Origin: Bryobacterales bacterium
GTDB taxonomy: Bacteria; Acidobacteriota; Terriglobia; Bryobacterales; UBA6623
NCBI GenBank assembly: GCA_965206025.1
Contig: CBDBIU010000003.1
Location: 242,982 to 306,981, forward strand
Length of the DNA: 64,000 nucleotides
Reading direction: 5' to 3'
Both the position numbers and the translations under genes were made by a program. A model generated the notes under the pieces. That model saw nothing but the letters and a program-made list of their open reading frames with translations, did not search any database and was not told the DNA's origin. This document shows positions 29,737 through 40,233 of this stretch, piece after piece; within the stretch, counting starts at the first letter, position 1, and each line of letters begins with the position of its first letter.

Positions 29737-30876
29737 ATGATCGTCAGCACACAAACCGTTCGTTTCGACTCTCTCAAACTGGACTGTGGAGAGACTCTCT
29801 CGCCGGTGGACGTAGCTTACGAGGCCTACGGTGAACTCAACGAGCGGCGCAGCAACGCCGTTCTCATCCTGCATGCTTTCTCCGGGGACGCGCACGCCGC
29901 CGGTGTTTCCGACCAGGACGGCAAACCAGGCTGGTGGGAGAACATGATCGGCCCTGGCAAGGCTTTCGACACCGACCAGTATTTCGTGATTTGCTCCAAC
30001 GTGCTCGGCGGGTGTCGCGGGACAACCGGTCCCGGCTCGACGAATCCGGCCACTGGCAAGCCCTATGGTTCGCGATTCCCGTTTGTGACGATCGCCGACA
30101 TGGTCCGCTTGCAGAAGCAGTTGGTCGATCACCTGGGCATTGAGCGGCTGCTCTCGACGACGGGTGGCTCGATGGGCGGCATGCAGTCGCTGCAATGGGT
30201 CGTCGACTACCCCGACTGCGTGGCGTCGGCGATACCCATTGCCACAACGACCCACCACTCAGCCCAGCAGATCGCTTTTGACGAAGTCGGGCGCCTGGCG
30301 ATCATGGCCGATCCCGACTTCGCCGGTGGAGACTACTACGAGGGCCCGCCCCCCGCGCGCGGGCTCGCGGTCGCTCGCATGGTCGGGCACATCACCTACA
30401 TGAGCGATGAGTCGATGCGTGAAAAGTTCGGTCGTCGGCGTCGCGCCGACGAGGATCCGAACGACGAATTCGCCGGCCTGTTTGAAGTCGAAAGTTATTT
30501 GCGCTATCGCGGCGGCCAGTTCGTCAACCGCTTCGACGCCAACTCCTACTTATGTATTACCCGGGCGATGGACTCCATCGATTTGAGTGCGGGCCATGGA
30601 TCCTTCAGCGAAGCTCTAGCCCACACCTCAGCTCGGTTCCTTGTCGTCAGCTTCACTTCCGATTGGCTCTACCCCAGCTATCAGTCCCAGGAGATTGTTC
30701 GCGCGCTCCGCGGCCGCAACCTCGATGTCAGCTACATCGAGCTTCCTTCCAACCACGGCCATGACGCGTTCCTGGTGGAGGTCGGCGAGCTGACCGAGCT
30801 GATCAAGGATTTCCTCGACAATACTTTGAGGAAGGTCGAGAGCGCCGCTCGTCCTCGTTCTTCGACCGGCGCCTAG
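29737..30876 (+). CDS. metX: Homoserine O-acetyltransferase
   Basis: LHAFSGD, SNVLGGC, GGSMGG nucleophile, FDANSY and HGHDAFL motifs. Confidence 0.93.
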   Translation: MIVSTQTVRFDSLKLDCGETLSPVDVAYEAYGELNERRSNAVLILHAFSGDAHAAGVSDQDGKPGWWENMIGPGKAFDTDQYFVICSNVLGGCRGTTGPGSTNPATGKPYGSRFPFVTIADMVRLQKQLVDHLGIERLLSTTGGSMGGMQSLQWVVDYPDCVASAIPIATTTHHSAQQIAFDEVGRLAIMADPDFAGGDYYEGPPPARGLAVARMVGHITYMSDESMREKFGRRRRADEDPNDEFAGLFEVESYLRYRGGQFVNRFDANSYLCITRAMDSIDLSAGHGSFSEALAHTSARFLVVSFTSDWLYPSYQSQEIVRALRGRNLDVSYIELPSNHGHDAFLVEVGELTELIKDFLDNTLRKVESAARPRSSTGA

Positions 30877-31062
30877 ACTGCTTCTCTCACCACTTGGCGA
30901 GGCAAAGTGCTTGACAAGAATCAAGCGGCCGGCGGTTCGCCGACTGACCATCCCGCGGGTACGGTACGCCCAAGCGCTTACGGAGGACGCCTCTTATAGA
31001 AACGGCTTGGTCAGGGGAATCCGCTGCCCTCTCGGCGACGCCACTATAATGATTGATGCACA

Positions 31063-31689
31063 ATGGCCACGCTCGAAGCCAAACTGAGCGCGATTGTCCC
31101 CGAGGTTCTTGGGCGCCGCGACTACGAGATCATCGGGGAGCTGGTGAGGAATGGCTCGAGTGTGCTCGACCTCGGCTGTGGCGAGGGGGATCTGCTGGCC
31201 TGGTTGGCTGAGCGAAAGCAAGTGGAGGCCCGCGGCGTTGAAATCTCCCCGGCCAAGGTCCGCAAGTGCGTGGCGCACGGTCTCTCGGTGTTCCAAGGGG
31301 ATATCGATCAGGGCCTCGCGGATTACCCCGACAAGTGTTTTGACTACGTGATTCTTAGCCAGACGCTGCAAGAGACGCACCGGCCGCTTGACGTCTTGCG
31401 CGAAATGGTGAGAGTGGGCAAACGGCTGATCATTGCCTTCCCCAATTTTGGCCGCTGGTCGGTTTCTGTTGCCCTTCTACTCACGGGCCATGCACCCAAG
31501 ACGCGCCATCTGCCTTACGAATGGTACGACTCCCCCAACATCCACTTCGTCACGATTCTGGATTTTGAAGACATGCTTGCGCGCGAGGGTCTCGCGATCG
31601 AGCGCTCTTATTTTCTTCGCGGCGACCGCCGCGTCCGCTTCTTGCGGAACCTGCGCGCCGAGGTCTCCGTTTACCTAATCCGCGCCTAA
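31063..31689 (+). CDS. metW: Methionine biosynthesis protein MetW
   Basis: VLDLGCGEG, ILSQTLQ, FPNFG and WYDSPNIH motifs; follows metX. Confidence 0.92.
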   Translation: MATLEAKLSAIVPEVLGRRDYEIIGELVRNGSSVLDLGCGEGDLLAWLAERKQVEARGVEISPAKVRKCVAHGLSVFQGDIDQGLADYPDKCFDYVILSQTLQETHRPLDVLREMVRVGKRLIIAFPNFGRWSVSVALLLTGHAPKTRHLPYEWYDSPNIHFVTILDFEDMLAREGLAIERSYFLRGDRRVRFLRNLRAEVSVYLIRA

Positions 31690-31919
31690 CAGCCCGTGGC
31701 AAAAGTAGATGCCGCGAAAAATCGGGTACAGCCAGCCAATTCGCCTCAGGCAAAGTTTGTTTCCAGGGCCATGATGGGGGGCGAATTGGTGGCAGTCCCC
31801 ATTTTCCTCTCCCGTGCGACTTTCGCCACGGGCCGCTAGCCTGCGTTTCTCACCACGTGGCGAGTCCAATGGCGCTCGGCCCATGGCGCAAGAGATCTAT
31901 AATTTGGTGAGGTAATGCC

Positions 31920-33872
31920 ATGAACAAAGTCTTCGACTCGGGTGATGCTTCCATTTTTGAGATTCGCACGAGCGCACCGGGACCGAGCGGCCAACTGCCG
32001 CTGACGGCCGAGATGCTTCGCCGCAGCGCGAGCGGCGATATCTTCGGCTGGATACAGAACGCCGGCATGGGCTGGAATCCCACCGAATTGGGACGACCTG
32101 AGATGTTGATCCTCGGCACCCAGGGCGGCGTTCGCTCTTCCGACGGCACTCCGCTCGCCTTGGGCTTCCACACGGGCCACTTCGAGATCGGACTGCTGGT
32201 CGAAGCCGCGGCGGAAGAGATCAAGTCTCTCGGAGCCATCCCCTTCGCCGGGTTCTGCAGCGACCCCTGCGACGGCCGAACGCAAGGTACGACGGGCATG
32301 ATGGACAGCCTGCCCTACCGCAACGACGCGGCTCAAGTTCTGCGCCGGCTCATTCGTTCACTGCCGACTCGTCAGGGGGTCATCGGCGTCGCCACCTGCG
32401 ACAAAGGCCTGCCGGCCATGATGATGGCGCTCGCCTCGATGAGGGAACTCCCTAGCGTGCTGATCCCCGGCGGGGTCACCTTGCCGCCCTCGGAGGGCGA
32501 AGACGCGGGAGCGGTTCAATCCATGGGAGCGCGCTTTGCCCACGGCGAGCTGAGCCTGGAGGAGGCATCGGTTCTCGGCTGTCGCGCTTGCGGCACCCCT
32601 GGAGGAGGATGCCAATTCCTGGGCACCGCGGCCACTTCGCAAGTCGTGGGCGAGGCGCTGGGGCTGTCGGTGCCGCACTCGGCTCTTGCCCCCTCCGGCC
32701 AGGCGATCTGGAAAGATATGGCGCGCCGCTCCGCGCGAGCGGCGATGCAGCTGCACGACCGAGGGGTCGTGTGCCGAGACATTATCAACGATGCGTCCAT
32801 CCGTAACGCCATGGCGGTTCACGCCGCGTTTGGGGGATCAACAAACCTTCTTCTGCACCTCCCCGCCATCGCGCACGCCGCCGGACTCCCGCAGCCGACG
32901 GTAGACGACTGGGCTGACATCAATCGGCGTGTTCCACGCCTCGTGGACGTGCTGCCCAATGGGCCAAGAATGCATCCCACGGTGCAAGTCTTCCTGGCCG
33001 GGGGCGTTCCCGAAGTCATGCTTCACCTGAGACGGATGGAATTGTTGGACACCGCGGTGCTGACGGTGAGCGGCGAATCGCTCGACACGGTCCTGGACTG
33101 GTGGCAAGGGTCGGAGCGGCGGCAGGCCTTGCGCCGGCGGCTCGTCGAGCAAGACGGCGTCGAGCCCGACGATGTCATCATGGACCCCGAGAAAGCCCGC
33201 CGCCAAGGACTGACGAGCACGATCACGTTTTGCCGCGGTAATCTGGCGCCGGAAGGGTCGGTCGTGAAGAGCACGGCCATCGACCCCAACGTAGTCGACG
33301 ACGACGGAGTCTACCGAAAGGTTGGTCCGGCGCGTGTGTTCACGCGCGAGACTGATGCCATCGAGGCGATCAAGAATGGAGCCGTCCGGTCGGGAGACGT
33401 CATGGTGCTGGCGTGTTGTGGTCCCTTGGGATCGGGCATGCAAGAGATCTTCCAGATCACTTCCGCGCTCAAGTATCTATCCTTCGGCAAACAGGTCGCC
33501 GTGATTACCGATGCCCGTTTCTCGGGAGTTTCGACCGGCGCTTGCATTGGCCATGTCGGGCCCGAGGCGCTGGCTGGCGGGCCGATCGGCAAGGTCTTGG
33601 ACGGCGATCGCATTGAGATCGTCATCGATCGAAATAAGCTCGAAGGCTCGCTGGATCTCGTGGGCTGCGGCGAGGAGATCTATGGGGCCGACCAGGGAAC
33701 GCGCGTATTGGCCGAGCGCCCGCCAAGAGAGGACCTCTCCGCGAATCCCCAACTTCCCGACGACACGCGGCTCTGGGCAGCCCTGCAAAGGGTCAGCGGA
33801 GGCACTTGGGGCGGCTGCGTGTTCGATGTCGATGCGGTCATCGCCGCGCTCGATTCCGCATCTCGACCGTAA
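31920..33872 (+). CDS. yjhG: YjhG/YagF-family D-xylonate dehydratase (IlvD/Edd superfamily)
   Basis: [31 protein letters not shown] and [11 protein letters not shown] motifs. Confidence 0.88.
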   Translation: MNKVFDSGDASIFEIRTSAPGPSGQLPLTAEMLRRSASGDIFGWIQNAGMGWNPTELGRPEMLILGTQGGVRSSDGTPLALGFHTGHFEIGLLVEAAAEEIKSLGAIPFAGFCSDPCDGRTQGTTGMMDSLPYRNDAAQVLRRLIRSLPTRQGVIGVATCDKGLPAMMMALASMRELPSVLIPGGVTLPPSEGEDAGAVQSMGARFAHGELSLEEASVLGCRACGTPGGGCQFLGTAATSQVVGEALGLSVPHSALAPSGQAIWKDMARRSARAAMQLHDRGVVCRDIINDASIRNAMAVHAAFGGSTNLLLHLPAIAHAAGLPQPTVDDWADINRRVPRLVDVLPNGPRMHPTVQVFLAGGVPEVMLHLRRMELLDTAVLTVSGESLDTVLDWWQGSERRQALRRRLVEQDGVEPDDVIMDPEKARRQGLTSTITFCRGNLAPEGSVVKSTAIDPNVVDDDGVYRKVGPARVFTRETDAIEAIKNGAVRSGDVMVLACCGPLGSGMQEIFQITSALKYLSFGKQVAVITDARFSGVSTGACIGHVGPEALAGGPIGKVLDGDRIEIVIDRNKLEGSLDLVGCGEEIYGADQGTRVLAERPPREDLSANPQLPDDTRLWAALQRVSGGTWGGCVFDVDAVIAALDSASRP

Positions 33873-34077
33873 GCGCTTTTGAAGTGAGATCCTTGCCAAA
33901 ATGCCGAAGCGTTCTCTCATGCTCGCCGTTCAACACGATGGGCGTCCTGTAGCGCATGGCTCGGCGGTCGTTTCGCTGGGACTTGCGATCCTTGGCTCCC
34001 TGAGCGACGGAATCACGGACCGATGCATCAATGTCCCCGGCACTTTCTTCGCACCTTCCCGTATCCGATTCTGATTG

Positions 34078-34935
34078 ATGATGAACCAACTCGAACCCTT
34101 GCAAGTCGGCGTGATGTTCTGGACGGGCGGTGATCTCGGCGTCGAAGGAACGCCTTTTGAAATCGTCCAAATGGTCAAGGGGCTGGGAGTCGTTTGCGGC
34201 CAGCTCGGCATCCACCCGGACGCAAACCTCACTCCCGCGGCCGTTGAAGCCTGGAGCCAGGCTCTCGAAAAGCTAAGCTTCACCATCACGGCTGTCTTCC
34301 CCGCTTTCCGGGGGGAGAGCTACGCCGACATTCCCAGCGTTCAAAAGACAGTCGGCTTCGTCCCTCCCGCTACGCGAGAAGAGCGTGAAGAACGAACTTA
34401 CGAGTGCTCGGACTTTGCCAAGGCGCTGAGGATCGCCGAGGTCGCAACCCACATCGGTTTCGTCCCCGAAGATAGCGATCATCCCGACTACCTCGCGGTA
34501 GGAGACATGGTTCGCCGAGTGTGCGACCACTGCCGCCGAAACGGACAAACCTTCGGCCTCGAAACCGGGCAGGAGTCGGCGACCGCGTTAGGAAACTTCA
34601 TCCGCGACGTTGACCGGGTCAACCTGGGCATCAACTTCGACCCGGCGAATATGATTCTCTACGGCTCGGGCGAGCCTCTGGAAGCGCTCGAGATGGTCAA
34701 GGAGTGGGTCATCAGCGTCCACTGCAAAGACGCGCTTTGGCCCAAGCAGACAGGGATTTGGGGAACGGAGGTTCCTCTGGGCCAAGGGGATGTCGGCATG
34801 GATCGCTACGTGGCGAAACTCAAGGCATTGGGCTACCGCGGCCCGTTGTCCATCGAGCGAGAGATCACGGGCGAAAAGCAACTCGCCGACATGCGCGAAG
34901 CGATTGCACTTTTGAAGCGCCTACGCCGGCGCTAG
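34078..34935 (+). CDS. Sugar phosphate isomerase/epimerase (xylose isomerase-like TIM barrel)
   Basis: THIGFVP, LETGQE, NFDPANM, HCKD and IERE motifs. Confidence 0.88.
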   Translation: MMNQLEPLQVGVMFWTGGDLGVEGTPFEIVQMVKGLGVVCGQLGIHPDANLTPAAVEAWSQALEKLSFTITAVFPAFRGESYADIPSVQKTVGFVPPATREEREERTYECSDFAKALRIAEVATHIGFVPEDSDHPDYLAVGDMVRRVCDHCRRNGQTFGLETGQESATALGNFIRDVDRVNLGINFDPANMILYGSGEPLEALEMVKEWVISVHCKDALWPKQTGIWGTEVPLGQGDVGMDRYVAKLKALGYRGPLSIEREITGEKQLADMREAIALLKRLRRR

Positions 34936-35198
34936 GGCTCCTTGATCTGCTCCGTCAAGATCCCCTGATCGACCAGCATCACGGGAATGTCATCGTCAAT
35001 GCGGTAGACCACTTGTTCGTCCTCGGTGATCAGACCTTCCTGAAGCGGCTTTTCGACAGCGCTTCCGTCGTGATACTTCACCGCACCCTCGGCGATCTTT
35101 GCATTGAGTTCTTCCAACTGATCTTGAGGCAGCAGGCGCACCGGCACTTTGGTTCGCGGGCAACACAAGATCTCCAACAAGTCGTCGCTAATCGGCAT
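34932..35198 (-). CDS. Trm112-family protein
   Basis: LLEILCCP...YRIDDDIPVML. Confidence 0.85.
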   Translation of the reverse strand: MPISDDLLEILCCPRTKVPVRLLPQDQLEELNAKIAEGAVKYHDGSAVEKPLQEGLITEDEQVVYRIDDDIPVMLVDQGILTEQIKEP

Positions 35199-35281
35199 GT
35201 GTCTTTCCCATCAACCCGATCGCAAGAGGAATCGAGTTGCGAGACACAGTGTATCATCCTGATTGGTGCGGCGCTGATCCG

Positions 35282-35530
35282 AGAGTTGTCCAACACAAGA
35301 TGATCCTGAAACGACGGCAGCCGGAAGAGGGCACACTGCGGGTGAATGCGAATCACCATGCAGCATGCACAACGTCTCACGCTGACCGAGATGCGCGAGT
35401 TCGTGGCCTCCAGCGGCAGCCTCAGCTTTACCGGCGCCGAGCGCAAGCAGATCTACGGCCTCGTCGAGCGCACTTTACAGGCGCACGAGTACTTGCGCGG
35501 CTAGCGAAGAAAAACAAAGGCGTCGTGCGG
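35282..35530 (+). pseudogene. 5' remnant of an ISNCY-like element (type B), truncated by IS21
   Basis: Closely matches 46408-46688. Confidence 0.85.
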
Positions 35531-35654
35531 TGAGAACGGCGGAGCGAAACTAGACCATAGAGCGGCGAATCGAAGCTGCTTTTGGGCGGAGTAAAAGTAG
35601 ACCGTCCGAGTGGTCCAGCGAACATTCCTGTGGTGTTTGTGGGACACGAGAGGG

Positions 35655-37154
35655 ATGTATCGCGTGGAGCTATACGCTCAAGTACGGCGCAGTGTCTTTG
35701 TCGAAGGGCTCAGTGAGCGCGAGGCCGCCAAACGGTTTGGCCTGGCGCGAGGGACGGTGCGCAAGATGTTGCGCTACGCCACTCCGCCGGGCTATCGGCG
35801 GCGCCAACCAGCGCAGAGGCCGAAGCTGGATCCCTTCACCGGAATCGTCGATCAGATCCTCATCGACGATCAGGAACGTCCGAAGAAACAACGCCACACC
35901 GCAAAACGCATCTTCGACCGCTTGCGCGACGAGTACGATTTCACCGGCGGTTACACGATCGTCAAGGACTATGTTCGCGACAAGAAGCTCGGCGGGCAAG
36001 AGATGTTCGTGCCGCTGGTGCATCCGCCGGGCGATGCCCAGGCCGACTTCGGTGAAGCTCTGGTGGTCATTGACGGCGTACAGCGCAAGGCGCACTACTT
36101 GGTGGTCGATCTGCCGCATAGCGATGACGCTTTCGTAAAAGCTTTCCCGGCCGAGACGACGGAAGCGTTTTGCGAGGGGCACAACGCAGCGTTTCGGTAC
36201 TTCGGCGGCGTGCCACGCAGCATCCTCTACGACAACACGACCTTGGCGGTGGCGAGGATTCTGGGCGACGGCAGGCGCAAGCGGACCAGGGTGTTCAGTG
36301 AACTGCAGTCGCACTATTTATTCTCCGATCGTTTCGGGCGTCCGGGCAAAGGCAACGACAAGGGAAAGGTGGAAGGACTGGTCGGTTATGCCCGGCGGAA
36401 CTTCATGGTGCCGGCGCCAAGGTTTCCAAGCTGGGAAGCGTTCAACGAGCAGCTCGAAGCGCAGTGCCTCAACAATCGTAAGCGGCGCTTGCGGCGGCAC
36501 ACCGAAACGATTGAGGAACGTTTCAAGCGTGACCGCCAAGCGTTGTTGCCCTTGCCGCCCACGCCCTATGACGCCTGCGACAAACGCACCACGCGGGTGA
36601 CGTCGCTGTCATTGGTGCGCTATCGCGCCAACGACTACTCGGTGCCCACACGCTACGGACATCGCCAGGTGTTGCTGAAAGGCTACGTCGATGAAATCGT
36701 GATCTGTTGTGGCAGCGAAGAGATCGCGCGCCACCGGCGCAGTTACGAACGCGAAGAGTTGATCTTCGATCCGCTGCATTACCTAGCACTGCTGGAACGC
36801 AAGACCAACGCGCTCGATCAAGCGGCCCCGTTGGCGGGCTGGGAGCTGCCCGAACAGTTCACGTGCTTGAGACGTTTGCTCGAGGCACGGTTGGGAATGC
36901 CAGGCAAGCGCGAGTACGTGCAGGTATTGCGATTACTGGAGGACTTCCGATTCGAGCACGTTGCCGCGGCGGTGCGCCAAGCCTGCGAGTTGGGAGCGAT
37001 TGGCTTGGATGCAGTCAGGCACTTAGTGCTGTGCCGCATCGAGCAACGGCCGCCGCGCTTGGACTTGACGAAGTATCCGCACCTGCCGGCAGCCCAGGTG
37101 GAGCAAACCTCCGCTGCGGACTATTTGGCACTGCTGGCACAAGGAGGGGGGTAA
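35655..37154 (+). CDS. istA: IS21 transposase IstA
   Basis: Same protein as copy 1. Confidence 0.95.
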   Translation: MYRVELYAQVRRSVFVEGLSEREAAKRFGLARGTVRKMLRYATPPGYRRRQPAQRPKLDPFTGIVDQILIDDQERPKKQRHTAKRIFDRLRDEYDFTGGYTIVKDYVRDKKLGGQEMFVPLVHPPGDAQADFGEALVVIDGVQRKAHYLVVDLPHSDDAFVKAFPAETTEAFCEGHNAAFRYFGGVPRSILYDNTTLAVARILGDGRRKRTRVFSELQSHYLFSDRFGRPGKGNDKGKVEGLVGYARRNFMVPAPRFPSWEAFNEQLEAQCLNNRKRRLRRHTETIEERFKRDRQALLPLPPTPYDACDKRTTRVTSLSLVRYRANDYSVPTRYGHRQVLLKGYVDEIVICCGSEEIARHRRSYEREELIFDPLHYLALLERKTNALDQAAPLAGWELPEQFTCLRRLLEARLGMPGKREYVQVLRLLEDFRFEHVAAAVRQACELGAIGLDAVRHLVLCRIEQRPPRLDLTKYPHLPAAQVEQTSAADYLALLAQGGG

Positions 37155-37915
37155 TGGCGAGGTCGAAACTTCTGCTCGAAGCGCATTTGAAAGCGTTGCG
37201 GCTGCCAACCTTCCTGCGCGAGTACGACAAACTGGCGCGGCAATGCGCCGCCGAGAGCTTGGATTCGAGGAGCTTCCTGCAACAACTCTGCGAGCTGGAA
37301 CTGCTCGACCGTGAACAGCGGGCCACCGAGCGCCGCATCAAGGCCGCGAAGTTTCCCGTGACCAAGAGTCTGGACACTTTCGACTTCCCGTCCTTGCCAG
37401 CGTTGAACAAGAAGCTGGTGCTGGAACTGGCGCGCTGTGAGTTTATCGACCGCCGCGAAAACGTGCTGGCACTGGGTAATTCCGGCACGGGCAAAACGCA
37501 CATCGGCTTGGCGTTGGGACTGGCGGCTTGTCAGCGCGGCTATCGAACACGCTTCACAACAGCGGCGGCACTGGTCAATGAGCTGCTCGAAGCCCGAGAT
37601 GAACGGCGCTTGCGGCGATGTCAAAAGCAGTTGGCCAAGCAGGATCTGCTGATCGTCGATGAACTGGGCTACGTGCCGCTATCGAAGACCGGAGCGGAGT
37701 TATTGTTCGAAGTGTTTTCCCAGCGCTACGAACAGGGCTCGACGCTGGTCACCTCGAATCTGCCGTTTAACGAATGGACGGAGGTCTTCGGCTCCGAGCG
37801 GCTGACCGGCGCCCTGCTCGATCGCCTCACGCACCACGTTCATATTCTAGAGATGAACGGCGAAAGCTTCCGTCTGATCCAGAGCAAGAAGAAGCGGGCT
37901 CACTCTTTGGGCTGA
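37154..37915 (+). CDS. istB: IS21 helper ATPase IstB
   Basis: Two amino-acid differences from copy 1 (ELLEA vs ELFEA, RLRR vs RLLR). Confidence 0.95.
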   Translation: MARSKLLLEAHLKALRLPTFLREYDKLARQCAAESLDSRSFLQQLCELELLDREQRATERRIKAAKFPVTKSLDTFDFPSLPALNKKLVLELARCEFIDRRENVLALGNSGTGKTHIGLALGLAACQRGYRTRFTTAAALVNELLEARDERRLRRCQKQLAKQDLLIVDELGYVPLSKTGAELLFEVFSQRYEQGSTLVTSNLPFNEWTEVFGSERLTGALLDRLTHHVHILEMNGESFRLIQSKKKRAHSLG

Positions 37916-38067
37916 CCCACCGGCCACTCGCCCGGTTTTCGTGGGACGGCCTCCACTACGCCTGGGCCGCCCTAAAGGGCGACCGCAGGCTCCGTTCCAG
38001 CCGTCCCACGAAAACCGCTACCCCTTCACCAACTGGTCTACTTTTGCTCCGCCGAAGTGGTCCAAAT

Positions 38068-38778
38068 TTACTCCGCCCTTGACACCGCGCGCTCCTTGAT
38101 AGGACGGGTCGCCGTATTCACCGCTCTTGCCAGCTTTTCCCGGGCGTCCTGAATCTCCGAACTGAACCAACCATGCCAAGGTACGTCGAGTGTGCTGATG
38201 AAGAGCAGCAGGACCGCCGTCGCCATGGCTTGGGAAAAACGTCGGCTCGAAAATATGCGCCGCATCGTGCGCCACGATCGCTTCGCGGGTGTCGACGCGT
38301 AGTCGCGCAAATTTATCGGCGCATCATAGAACGGATCGCCGTCGAGTTCAGGTTGTTCCGCGCCGCCGTTATCACTTTCGACAATGGGGCCAAGGTCCTC
38401 GTCGGCTCTCTTGAAGCTCCACGGGGCAACTGCCGGTTCGTCTTGCCCGCCGGCCCCCATAGCTTGAACCGCGGCAAGCCGTTCAGCCTCCAGCATGGCC
38501 TCGGCTTCCTGCAAAGCGGGTCCTTCGGTACGTGGTGTGAAGGGCAGTAGTTTCCGGGGCTGGAGGCGAGTTTCCGGGCTGTAGGTAAGACTGGCCGCTG
38601 CCGGAAGCGCCTGCGAAACCGTCGCTAGCCTAGCTGGATAGCTGCCCAACTCAGGCTCCAAGTTGACGAGGTGTTGGAACTGTTGGAAGTGATAGCGCCG
38701 ACCTGACCGTAGGGGAGCTTTCGGTGGAGAACCGGTGATTCCATACTGCGAAGCTTGATTATTACCGGCTAAGGGCAC
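38068..38778 (-). pseudogene. Hypothetical membrane protein truncated at its 3' end by IS21
   Basis: ORF reads into the IS21 right end after ...PIKERA; one TM segment. Confidence 0.55.
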
Positions 38779-39235
38779 GTTGTTCGCTCCCGGTGGCTAG
38801 CTGACGCAGCCCGTAAACCTATACGGGGACTTCCATCCCCACTGCGACTCCTAATCCACCACCAGACCTAGTTAATAATAGTACTGGTGACGACTCGATG
38901 CAATCGGTCGAAAGCCTTAGGGCCTAGTGGTACTACGCTCCTAGTACACTCAAGGGCCCTGCGAAACGCTGCTTCAAACTCAAATGTCGACTCTGTAGAT
39001 AGAGATACTTAGAGCCGATAGTCCCACTAATTGGCGGCCCTTGACAGTTGCCGGCGTGATGAAATTTGCTCAAAAAAACCGGGAAAATCCTCTTGCACAC
39101 TGTGATCTCACAATCGAGGCCGTGTCAAGCCCTTGCCGACTAGCCCCAGCAGACTCGTAAAGACTCCGCCAAGCGCGGGTGTTGCGGGGCGCCGGGCGCC
39201 TTGGGTTCGCCTCCGCGAATCTCGACTAGCCCACG

Positions 39236-40114
39236 TTAGGCGACAGCCGCAATGCCTTCCTGAAGCGCCACTGTTTCTTCCATCTTTTTCATGAATTCGA
39301 TGCTGTGTCTGACCAGGGTCTTCCAATCGGGTTTGGGCGGCAAGCAGTCGACCGACACATAGCCGGTGTAACCCATAGCGTTCAGCGTTCGGATGAAGTC
39401 CAGGAAGTCGACGTGGCCTGTCCCGGGGATCTGCCGATTGCTGTCGGCAAGGTGAATGTGCATGAGTTTGTCGCCGGCGAACCGAAAGGCGTCGGTGAGC
39501 GGTCCGTCCTCTATATTCATATGGAAGAAGTCTTGCAGGATACCGAGGTTGTCGGCGCCCACCTCTTCGATGACGGCCATCACTTCGACCGTCGTGTTCA
39601 TGAAGCCGGCATAGCCTTCGAACCTGTTCAGCGGCTCAATGGCCAGCCGGATATTCCTCGTCCCCGCGTATTCGGCGACCTCTCGCGTGGATGCCACGAA
39701 GTTTTTCCTGAGCTGGTCGATCGGCTTGCTGGTGACCGGGTACTCGGGCTGGAAATCGACGGCCGAGAATTGAAACAGCGGCGGTTCGTCAAAGGTGGCG
39801 GCTAGATCCACGCATTTCTTGAAATGGACGAGCGCCCGCTGCCGCGCGGCCTCGTCCAGCGAGGCCAGATCCCTTTCCTCTCCCGCGTGCCAGCCGGCGC
39901 TGGCATTCAAGATAGCCGGCATGGCGAGCCCGAGAGAGCGCGCCATATCGGTTGCTTTCCTGAACGAGGTCTGGTCCGCGTACGGGTCGCAATCGAAGTC
40001 CACCGCGTCGTAACCCGCAGCGGCCATCGTCTCGAGCACCTCTTGCGGGTTCTTCCATACGTCGCCCTCGCTGCCACCGAGTGTGGCAAGAACAAATGAG
40101 TACTTGTGCGCCAT
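39236..40114 (-). CDS. Sugar phosphate isomerase/epimerase (D-psicose/tagatose 3-epimerase-like)
   Basis: IEPLNRFE, DFFHMNIE and HLADSNRQIPGTG motifs. Confidence 0.88.
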   Translation of the reverse strand: MAHKYSFVLATLGGSEGDVWKNPQEVLETMAAAGYDAVDFDCDPYADQTSFRKATDMARSLGLAMPAILNASAGWHAGEERDLASLDEAARQRALVHFKKCVDLAATFDEPPLFQFSAVDFQPEYPVTSKPIDQLRKNFVASTREVAEYAGTRNIRLAIEPLNRFEGYAGFMNTTVEVMAVIEEVGADNLGILQDFFHMNIEDGPLTDAFRFAGDKLMHIHLADSNRQIPGTGHVDFLDFIRTLNAMGYTGYVSVDCLPPKPDWKTLVRHSIEFMKKMEETVALQEGIAAVA

Positions 40115-40233
40115 TTTCGCTATCCTTTCCGTTGTTCGGTCAGCCGGCCGCCGAAGACTAGAGACCGACGTCGGCCTCCAGCGCGGAAGCCCTCGACAAC
40201 TACCGACCCATCCATCGAGCAGCCGGCCACTAT

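Larger units (their letters stand above)
35531..38084 (+). mobile_element. IS21-family element, copy 2
   Basis: Near-identical to 3928-6481; no target duplication. Confidence 0.95.

Noticed and set aside
31781..31808. AATTGGTGGCAGTCCCCATTTTC, resembling RAYT-associated REP sequences
   Set aside because: Single copy with no partner or tyrosine transposase in the window
38790..38960. Possible c-di-GMP (GEMM) riboswitch
   Set aside because: Only a GAAA loop and GGCCTA are present; GGCAAA and GACGCAAA elements are missing
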